From Nemertoderma westbladi (lineage: Eukaryota; Animalia; Xenacoelomorpha), in contig JAUCBJ010007801.1 of the NCBI GenBank assembly GCA_032718475.1, forward strand, positions 1 to 43,999: a stretch of DNA of 43,999 nucleotides. The letters run 5' to 3'. The notes under the pieces are model-generated. The model saw nothing but the letters and a program-made list of their open reading frames with translations, made no database searches and was not told the origin of the DNA. Both the position numbers and the translations under genes were made by a program. Of the stretch, positions 34,818-43,999 are shown piece after piece (the stretch's first letter is position 1; every line of letters begins with the position of its first letter).

Positions 34818-35534
34818 TAACCATATCTGGCCCGGGCTATTTTAGTACTTAATTGGCCCGGGGGCTGGGGGGGTGAATTTTTTTAGATCTTGCCTCAAAA
34901 ATTAAAAGTTTTATGATATTGATATAATGGTTTTCGAGGTCGCAGATCACGATGAAACTATTTAAAAATATTTCTGGAAATGTAAACATCATTTTTGGTA
35001 CCATTCTGGTGCCCCAGAACGAAAAGTACAGTTAAATTTTGCCTTTGGTTTGGTAATTCTGAAACTATAATGGTTTTCAAGGCCACTGATCACGATACAA
35101 CTCGTTAAAAATCATTCGTGGTAACGCAACTATCACTTTTGGTGCTTGTCTGGTGGGACGAATAAAACAAGTTAGTTAGCATAAAATTTCAAACGGCAAA
35201 AATCGAATTTAGTTGGATAATACGAAGTTGTTGAGTGTCATATTCTTGATCAGCATCCCAAAAACCCATATGGTCATATATTTCGGGCGATTTTTCAACT
35301 ACTTGTTTTTTTCCTGCCGTAGGGGGCAGGGCACGTTCAAAATTACCAAAAATTTTCTTGTATATTAAATTTGAGTTCAATAATGGTGATCAGTAACCAA
35401 AAAATTATACGAAATCCAACCTCAATATCAGCCCCTTCCACCTTCCACTGAAGTTCAGCAGGTGTAAAGTTCCTTTCTATGAGTGGCGTCTAGTAAATAT
35501 ATTTTCTAATAAATAATATTTAACCAAATCTAAC

Positions 35535-35735
35535 CTAAGGGGGTTGTAGCTGGACTGTTTACGTATACAGTGTCGTCTATGGTGTGAACAAACTGCTGAT
35601 GTTGACGCGAATATTGGTCGGTTAAGGTCAACCGAGGTTGAATGTTTAGCTCCTGGTTGGTAACTGATTGATCCGCCTGGACTAATAGGGCGTACTCAAC
35701 TAACGTTCCCACTGTGTCGTGAGCAATAAATGTTA
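35535..35735 (-). CDS. SUPT3H: SUPT3H exon 5 (donor and 3' end uncertain)
   Basis: Acceptor TTTCCATAG; LTFIAHDTVGTLVEYALLVQAD resembles the Spt3 LAYLAYETVAQLVDLALLV helix; phase matches previous exon. Confidence 0.8.
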
Positions 35736-36281
35736 CTATGGAAACATAAGTAATAAATAAATCAATCAATTTGTACATTACCAATGGACTTTATTTTTTT
35801 GTAAGTTATGTATAAATTATTATTAAAATTTAAAAGTTTTATAACAATTACACAAAACATAATATAAATTAAATGATTTAAAAAATACTCACACGGCTAA
35901 TTAATTAAAGATAGACAATTTAAGTGTTAAGATAATCATTTTACCATTATATTAATTATTATTATTACGGTCATTATCTTGTCTCTTCATAAGTGGCCTA
36001 CATTTTGCCCTTTTATTCGAAAGTAATTCGAAATCAATCCGAACGACATTGTTTGGATTCTATATTATCTTTGTCTATATACATTTAAAATAGCCAATAG
36101 GAATTTACCGGGAAAATTCACGGGCTGATTGAATTTTCGTCAATTTTCGCGGCAGATTGAATTTCCCGACAATTTTCACGGCAGAAGTTGGCGGCAGATT
36201 GAATTTGCCGTCATGTTCACGGCAATTACTTCACATAGGTGAGTATTTAATTTTTGTTGTGAAAACGATGGCTATTGGGAA

Positions 36282-36563
36282 GCAGGACAATTCGGTCCAA
36301 TTAACTTTAGTGTTTTGGGACCGAATTGTCCGGGACCGAAGTGTCCGGGACCGAAGTGTCCGGGACCGAAGTGTCCGGGACAGAATTGTCCGGACGTAAT
36401 TATGAATTATTAGTATTATTAATATTATTAGTTATTGAATTTATACATATTAATATATAAGCTAAATAGGTAACTAAATATTTGCGACTCAATTCTCCTA
36501 GTATTTTGTCTTTTTGGACCGAATTGTCCGGGCCCGAACAGTCCGGAACCGAATTGTCCTACA
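36282..36563. mobile_element. MITE-like element with 15-bp GGGACCGAAGTGTCC repeats, in a SUPT3H intron
   Basis: Inverted ends AGGACAATTCGGT and ACCGAATTGTCCT; five tandem 15-mers at 36318-36395. Confidence 0.7.
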
Positions 36564-37575
36564 TCCGGCAATTGTGGGCCACCATAAAATTCCGCATTTA
36601 ATTGCTTAAATTTACTTGAATACCAACTTTGTATTTAATTTTAGGTATTACAATTATTGCTATACGGTAGGTCTAGGTCCTAAAGATTATAGATACCGTC
36701 ATCGGCAATTCTCTAATTTTAGAACCAGTTAGTGAGGGGGGTAAATGCTCTATCAGCACATTAACAATCAGTGGGCCCGTGTAGCTAATAATGTTGCAGG
36801 TACGTAGAGTTATCAACCAATGGGCACCTCGCTATGGGGTGATATAGAAGTAGCTTCAAAATGATATCGGGTTTGGAGGGTTTTATGGAATTTCAATTAT
36901 TTATCGAATGTTGAAGATGACAATGTAGAAATTGGACAAGGTAAATTTATGACTTTTTCAACTTCAAAAAGTCATAAATCTTCAACGATTTATCATATTT
37001 ACATAATTCTTGGTGTTTAAGCATCACGAGAAAATAATCTATTAAATTGTATATAGTTTTGTAATATTGCGGCATCGTTAACTCAAGAAAATTAAATATC
37101 TTTGAAATCTTGGACACAATTTGGGCACTTTTTAGGAGAATGACGCATATAAAGTTGCCAAAAAAGCATACTTACACCATACGATAAAAACACCACACGA
37201 TAAATACTTGCAAACTTATGATAACTTTTAACGAATTATTTAATCCAAAATTGCAATCCAGATGCTGGAAATCCCGAAATGTATAATCCTGTTTAAAGTT
37301 AAACACTAGTCTAAAAGATTAACTGCACAAAATCTGGGGAAAATCGCACCAACAGTATGTTGCTATGCTATACTATGTTGTTAAAGTAATGAAATTGAGA
37401 GTGAGTAAGAAAATGAAAAATAATAAAATAGGATCGGATATCCTGTGCAGCCCTAATCCCGAATCATTCGGGAATGTTACAATCCCAATCCCGAAAACTC
37501 TGCTGATCTAGCCTTGAAGTATTAAATCCCCCCCCCCCCCCCCCCCCCTCTAACCATTCATTTTTCGCTACTTAC

Positions 37576-37751
37576 ACAACTCCATGGCCAATCCATTCGG
37601 CTTGATATCGAAATTATTCACACCCAACCACTCTCTAAACTTAGGCATCTTCTTTAGGATCCCCGACTGTCTACATTCCGTGAACTCAACGTAATGTAGG
37701 TGATCCATACTCTTAGACATTCTGTCAAGCCGATCTAGCCGGGACAATAAC
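37576..37751 (-). CDS. SUPT3H: SUPT3H exon 4
   Basis: AG/GTAAGT bounded; SRLDRLDRMSKSMDHLHYVEFTECRQSGILKKMPKFREWL...IKPNGLAMEL matches the Spt3 YxEFxECRQ...KFRxWL region. Confidence 0.9.
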
Positions 37752-37919
37752 CTGAATACCGGACCGGTAAGACAAATAAACAATAAAATAATGAGGTATC
37801 AGGAGCATTCCCAACAATGTTACCTACAATTAGAGACAGGCTGAGGGTATTAAACTAAAGTTTATAAAATAATAAAACAGTTCAAAATTTTGTTTGCAGT
37901 TGGGGATTCTAATGCACTA

Positions 37920-38100
37920 ATGAGCACTGAAATGGGAGGAACAAAGCGTGGTAGTGAAGTGAGCACGGAATTAGAGCATAGTGTGGTAGTGAGCACTGAA
38001 ATTAGAGCATAGTGTGGTAGTGACTAGCGAGCACCAAAATTGGAGCAGAGTGAGGTAGTGAGCACCGAAATTAGAGCAGTGCAATAGTGGGCCCCGGAAT
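37920..38100. repeat. ~30-bp intronic minisatellite, 5-6 diverged copies
   Basis: AGTGAGCACTGAAATTAGAGCATAGTGTGGT repeated. Confidence 0.8.
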
Positions 38101-38141
38101 TCTGCCGCTATGACATTGTCAGGTATATCATTATAACTAAC

Positions 38142-38285
38142 ATCTCATCGGGAATAAAGTTGGCAGATCTAAACAACCCAATGAGTTCTCCGTTACTATC
38201 GAGGTAACATAGAATGTCGTAGAGGGACTTTAATCGCTTGTTACTCCGGAATCTATCAGGGCAGCTCTCTGCATCGTCAAACAAA
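38142..38285 (-). CDS. SUPT3H: SUPT3H exon 3 (absent from the ORF track)
   Basis: TTTTAG/GTTAGT bounded, 144 bp, phase 2-2; NKRLKSLYDILCYLDSNGELIGLF resembles [23 protein letters not shown] of vertebrate SUPT3H. Confidence 0.85.
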
Positions 38286-38529
38286 CTAAAACAGGTAAAA
38301 TATTAATTGATTCAGTTTTACTAACAATGGCGCGTAGTCGCGCAAACTGCGGATTTATTTTTAACTGGTAAGTTGGGTGGTTGGGATGGAGTAATCTTTA
38401 TTCTCTTAGTATATATTCCGCATTTCATCGAAATAGACAAAAGCCTGTGTTAGTGTTAGCCATTGCCGCTCAATACGTCATTATAAATTAAATGACGCTG
38501 TGCAGTATTATGGGAAGTTTAATGGAAAT

Positions 38530-40457
38530 TAGGGATGTCCCGGAATTCCGTTCCGGCCGGAATTCCGGCGGTTTTTGTCCGATTCCGGTTCCGGCCGGAA
38601 TTGCCGGAATGGGGTCAATTCCGGCCGGAATTTTACCGGAATTACAAGGTTCATATCTAGTTTAATAGCTGCAATTAGTTTGTTAAATTATTATCAACAT
38701 TTATATTTTTTAAACACATTATTACCAATTAATTTAAGATACCTTTCAACACTTGTAAACAAGTATAGAAATAAAGTTTTCTTCGACCGTTAGAGCTAAC
38801 ATTTAAGGATGAAAGGCATAGATGCCCGATGGTTAGCCCCTTCAAACCATTCGTGCCGAATTGAAAACTGCCTTGGCCCACATACATGGATCGAACCCAC
38901 GACCTCCAGATATATTGGAAATCAATGCAACCACTATACACCAAGGTAGAACCTAACTAACATATGTAACGAAGGAAAATTCACAGCCACCCTGTTTATT
39001 AAAGTGAATGCATTCTTGATGGGTATGTATCACATTTCCAAAAAATTTTTACCTGGTAATCAAACTAAACTGGTCCCACCATATGTTTCACCACTAAGTA
39101 GTATTCATATACAATTCAAATAACCCTTTTAATTTACATTAACTAATTAAACCCTTTGTCCTTCTGAAGATATCTTAAGAAATGCATCATTAGGCCCGTG
39201 CTCCACTGGTAAGTCGTACTTACGTCGTTTTCAGATATTGTCTTAGTCAGAATGTCAAAATGAATGCCTCCTCGCTCCATTGGTAACATAAGTCATAAGT
39301 CATTTGATGTATAAGATGCGTCTCACATTTACTGCATATTTATTATACCCAAAGTAACCAATCACAGGCATCTTGCCGGATATAACACATGATTCATATG
39401 TCAAAAGATGGAGACATGGGACATAATCACAGTCGTAACTTACGATTTACCATTGGAGACGCCCCCATTGAAACCAATGTGTTCCATAATTTATTCTGAC
39501 TAAGACTATACATAATACTTACCAGTGGAGCACGGGCCTTCACGTGTGGTTTTTCCAATTTGCTTATAAAATGGCGTTTTTTAGATTGATTTTACATTAT
39601 TTTACATTGATCTTACAATATTTTACATTGATTTTAAATTATTTTACATTGATTTTATATTATTTTACTTTGCATTAATTATTAAATAATATGATAATTA
39701 CAGGAGGCTAAATAAATTGCCAACCTTGTAAAGTTAGCAATGAAACTCGATTAACGATTAACACAATTACAATTACTACTTTAACCTAAAACTAATATAA
39801 ATATAAAACGTTATTACAACACGTACAGGTCCTGAGAGTGGTCGTTAGTTTAGTTCTGCGTCGTAGGTGCTGCATAATATAGTAGTTTAATTTCTATTTA
39901 CAGCAAATCCATTTCTTACCATAAATCTATTTATTCCCAGCAATAATTAAACTGTAACATGTACTATTGGACTCGTTTATTGTTTTGGTTCGAATAACAT
40001 GCCACTGTAACATGCTCCTTTTCCTTAAAGACACCAGGATATTGCACCAAAGGACCTAATGACGCGAAACCATAGGTTTTGGGTTAACGTACTGTAGGTT
40101 TTTATGTATGAGTCTAAATGCTAAAAACCTAACTTTTGGCCAAAGTTGTCGATTTTAGAAAAAAATTATATTTAATAATGCCGAAGTACCATCCCGTCCC
40201 ATAACGGCTCAGGCCATTCTACACTCCACCCACCTTAATTCCCCCAAGGTTCTGATTCATCTCATTAACAAACTTACTGTAGAAATTAAAAAATTAATTT
40301 CATAAAAAATTATAAAATTTCCTGGGTCATTTAGTGTATTTCACTAATTATAGAAAATTCCGGTTCCGGCCGGAATTCCGGCCGGAATATTCCGGCATGT
40401 TGAATTCCGGTTTCCGGTTCCGGCCGGAATCAAAATATCGATTCCGGGACATCCCTA
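38530..40457. mobile_element. Non-autonomous hAT element in a SUPT3H intron
   Basis: TIRs TAGGGATGTCCCGGAAT and ATTCCGGGACATCCCTA; TTCCGGCCGGAA palindromic subterminal repeats; 8-bp TSD ATGGAAAT at 38522-38529 and 40458-40465. Confidence 0.92.
39193..39538. mobile_element. MITE nested in the hAT element (Harbinger-like)
   Basis: Perfect TIR GGCCCGTGCTCCACTGGTAAGT / ACTTACCAGTGGAGCACGGGCC; flanks TTA and TTC. Confidence 0.82.
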
Positions 40458-40492
40458 ATGGAAATTACATCAAAATGTTATAGGTTATATAC

Positions 40493-40641
40493 CTGGTCTG
40501 TCGACTGCTACCCTTGGCGTCAAGGAACTTTATCAATCGTCTCAATTTTTCAGGAGATTTTCTAAACAAAAAAACAACGTCTTCCATAGCGATACAAGGT
40601 GCATCTCTGAGATAAGCTAATTCCCTAGACCGTTTAATAAT
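40493..40641 (-). CDS. SUPT3H: SUPT3H exon 2 (absent from the ORF track)
   Basis: CATAG/GTATAT bounded, 149 bp; IIKRSRELAYLRDAPCIAMEDVVFLFRKSPEKLRRLIKFL matches the Spt3 EDLxFLxRKDxxKLxRL histone-fold helix. Confidence 0.9.
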
Positions 40642-40798
40642 CTATGAGATAAATAAACAGAGTAAACAATTTACTGGATCTTTTTATATTATGTTGATTA
40701 AAAAGCACAGTACTCAGGCTACTTTATAGTGGTGCTGCTCTCAGGAATATACGACACAAATCTGCAAATAGGAATAAACGATAAACAACAGAACGTAC

Positions 40799-41224
40799 CT
40801 TGGACATTTCCGTATACAGAATATCTTCGATTAGGGAAGCTGTTTCAAACAGACCTCTCTGACAATCACCAAAGGCGAACATCATGGCCTGTAGCTCTGG
40901 AACTAACGAAATACGAGTAGAATATCCTGTAGGAGGATTCCCTATACTGCTCGTCGGTTCAAGTACCGGTGGCGGCAGTAGGCCTATCTGGTTCGGTTGC
41001 AACTGCTTCCCGGCAGACGATGCAGTCAACTGCCGGCTGCCGTGTTTCTTCGCAGATACAACTACCGCTGTGCGAGTAGATTGACCTTCTGCCTGACTTC
41101 GGCATATTATCACCTGTTGATTGTGAGGGTCGGGTTGTTTTTTTATTTTCCCCGGAATAAATTTATCAGATTCTTGACTAATTCTACTCGATTTAACTTG
41201 TTTTCCTGAGGCATTTCTTTTCAT
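40799..41224 (-). CDS. SUPT3H: SUPT3H first identified coding exon (SAGA subunit Spt3)
   Basis: ELQAMMFAFGDCQRGLFETASLIEDIL is the Spt3/TAF13-like N-terminal histone fold; donor AAG|GTACGT at 40799/40798; first in-frame ATG at 41224; a possible acceptor near 41268 means upstream exons may exist. Confidence 0.85.
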
Positions 41225-42139
41225 GGTTTTGCTTTTCCAATCAGCCAAAGGGGAGCCAATATCCGAACTGAATGATAATACAGGAATATTAAATAGTATC
41301 AGACTGTACAGCTCACAGTTGTAGATATGGCTGACTAGGGAAGTTACCTAGACTAAATTATATCTATATATAGGCCTACGGTCTGACGACTGACGGCTAT
41401 AACTGTATAACTGTATAATACAATTTATTGCAATGCCGTTTGCAGTTCAATGCAAATGTACCACTCATAAGCAAGATACGATTAAAGATACAGCTGCACC
41501 TGCAGTTGTTGTTAAAGTAGCTCATATTCTTCGCAACCAACCAGGCTGCCGGAAGCGAAAAATAGTTGAAGCTATGATATCCGATGGTATTTTGGATGCG
41601 AAGGGTTCTGCAGTTTGTTCCGATTGCACCGACAACCACTCTATGAAAGGAATCTGTACTGCGGCTGAAATAACAGAGAAGTCGTAGGCCCTACGATGGG
41701 TTGGCCCCTGAATACCGTTAACGAATGGCCGATACATAAAAAGGAATATATGGAATTCAATTTGATAATTAATCCAAGTTGAATATATGAATACAGTACA
41801 GTATAAGATTTATTTATTTACATCTCATTCCTGAAAATTAATTTATTACCAATACATACAAAACATACGATACTGCACAATTGACTCTCTCATTCTCCTG
41901 ACCCTGACCTTTATTTTATTGTAACTCAAATGCCAACCTGTGAAGATTAGATCAGTAGATTAGGGGTTCAGGATTAGAGTTTTAAGCGGATACTAAAAGT
42001 AAAATGTGACATTTTATAACTATCGCCTGATGATGTCAACGCTTTCGTGCGTTTGTGAGCGATACAGTAGGGTGGATTTCGCTCGTTTTCTTGTATCAGA
42101 CTGAGCAACAGGATCCGCTGCACTTTTATTAGGAGCAGC

Positions 42140-42262
42140 CAGCAATGCAGCTGGTTACTACAGTATGGTTCCTATCTCTAGAGGCAGCCAATGTAGCTGG
42201 TTGCTGGTTCCTCTCTCTATATAGAAGCTGCCGCGCAATGTAGCTGGTTGCTGGTTCCTCTC
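42140..42262. repeat. Short diverged tandem repeat, 3 copies
   Basis: CAATGTAGCTGGTTGCTGGTTCCTCTCT at ~42143, ~42190 and ~42236. Confidence 0.7.
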
Positions 42263-43182
42263 TATCTACCTTATTCCCAAAATTCCTTATTTCGAAAAAT
42301 ATTCATAGTTTGGGCACTATTTTTCACCTAGACGGGTTTTCGATAGCGGCGAATCTTCTGAGACGGGTCTCAAATTCTCAAAGCACAAAGGGTGGCTGTG
42401 TGCCATTTCTATGGCACGTGCCAAAATTGGCGTATTTGGCAAACACAATAGATACAGGCAGAATGGCGCAGATTTCGGTTCCACAAGGTTAAACAGGCAG
42501 ACAGGGTGCTGAAGCACTAACAAACTGACAAATGGTTTCAAATTCTCTAGTAGCGTAGAAGTGCCACTTTTTAGCTTGTGGCACATGGCACTGTGTTTAG
42601 CATGGCACAAAATATCAAAATATCTAAAGCTTCATAGAAATGTTTTCATTTTCGGTATTTATAGGTTTCCAAAGGTGCTGATTCGATTACAAATGTTTTC
42701 AAATTCTCTAGTGGCACATAGGTCAGTAGGTGCCACTTTTTATTCAGTATTACTGATTTACCGGTCAGTTCATTAATCACAGAGTTGCAGACCGGTCATA
42801 GTTTATGACCGTCACCGCCACTAACATAACCGATTAATATCTGTGTATTTTCTGCTGTTATTTTGTATCGTGATATTCACATACATAGTTCTGTGCTATT
42901 ATCATTTCGGAAGATTAATATTGAGAAACACAAACGCTCTTATTTCCCCGACGGCCTTCGGCCAAAACGACTATAACACAGCAACTCCAGCGAAACGGTG
43001 ACGCGTACTTAATCTAACCCGGTCGGATCTACGATCCCGTCAGCCCGTCACACTTGTATTCTTAAATGGTAGCTAAATGAATACTGGTGTTTCTGCCCAT
43101 GTCAGCATGTGAAGTTTCCCCGGTATTCCCTTAACCCCCCCCCCCCCCCCCCCCCTCTCTCTGTAACTAACGCTACTAACGC

Positions 43183-43999
43183 TGTACGCGCTTTTGAAGA
43201 CCTTTAGCAGTTTAACCTGCCAAAATTTATATGTCTTTTGGTTTATAAATAGACTTTAGAAAATGACAAGTATTTAATACCAATAAACACAACATTAGCC
43301 GAAGCCAGCCTAGTGCGCGTCCATTCACCCGCTGGATATACCCGGGAGACTGGATTCAGAGGGCTTAGATTGTTATTGCAGTGTAAGCTTACTGTATTAT
43401 TCGATTGATCGTTAATAAATAATTTCTGACCAATATTATTCACTTTCGGGAAATATTAACAGTTCCTTTAGGACGTGGCGCTCTATCTAGGTAAACAGAG
43501 ATATGACTTATACTAAACACAACGGTAAGTCGGTAAGGCTTATGATTCACGTATGAGGCGCATTCTTTAGGAAATGCTTAGTTATCAGTCACAATCATGC
43601 ACACTACCGGTAACACACAAAACTGCACACTAATTTGCCGACCGTCAATGAATTTTATCATATATAAAGAGAACAGCAATTGACTCATGTAGTGCTTATC
43701 AAATAGCATTAAATTCACTACAAACCACAATAATATAAGTCGCAATCGCTATATGTAACCCGTCTCTCTAACCTGTAGTGTATCAAGAAAATTGGGAAAT
43801 TTGGATTCTTTATAGATGTTCTCCAAATAATAATATTCAACCATCTGATACAAATAATGACAACAGTAAATAGCAGTATAATAATGTATGTTGCAGTGAT
43901 ATAAGACTGCTGCTGATTGCACTGATTGTACTGGACCGATAACAGTTATACGTTCTATAATCTAAGCCTACTAATGTTTCTTCCAAAGTCTGAAACGAA
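43183..43999. mobile_element. LTR of family X (copy 3), running off the window end
   Basis: Starts TGTACGCGCTTTTGAAGACCTTTAGCAGTTTAACCTGCC; colinear with 16309-17100. Confidence 0.85.

Noticed and set aside
34817-35400. piggyBac-like element starting TTAA-CCATATCTGGCCCGGG
   Set aside because: No matching second terminus or TSD found, so it is not listed as a feature
40724-41248. 174-aa single-exon gene as given in the ORF track
   Set aside because: Uses a TTG start and reads into an intron after 40799; it is a SUPT3H exon
41433-41687. 84-aa ORF with CxxC upstream of SUPT3H
   Set aside because: Short, no recognisable domain or splice support
42024-42052. CTGATGA...TTTCG as a third hammerhead
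   Set aside because: GAAA lies on the opposite strand from CTGATGA, so no core can form
2017-43155. Numerous long poly-C/poly-G tracts as a dedicated G-quadruplex system
   Set aside because: Several belong to MITE termini and homopolymer lengths are error-prone in sequencing; no independent pattern seen

Overview
AT-rich, transposon-dense eukaryotic (probably invertebrate animal) DNA; not prokaryotic, so most entries in the ORF track are artefacts. Host genes: two intronless SLC18B1-like MFS transporter paralogues (12653-13921 and 19818-21086, + strand, 14 aa differences) and a spliced SUPT3H/Spt3 gene (- strand, five exons reconstructed between 41224 and ~35535, 3' end uncertain). A ~9.3 kb satellite of 49/54-bp units spans 2200-11541. 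Its minus strand matches a conserved RTE-LINE RT motif (TRSLDGTY-TRML), and its 54-bp variant equals the 49-bp unit plus the TA-CAG-TA excision footprint of the Tc1/mariner-type element still sitting in the array (2306-3704). A minimal hammerhead-ribozyme core lies downstream of each MFS copy. The rest is nested mobile DNA, mostly with readable TSDs: RTE LINEs, three copies of one solo-LTR family, a decayed Gypsy element with tRNA-Ser-type PBS, Harbinger and hAT non-autonomous elements, and a HINE-like element carrying five CTCF-like motifs at ~150-bp spacing. Coordinates were read by eye and approximate ends may be off by a few bases.
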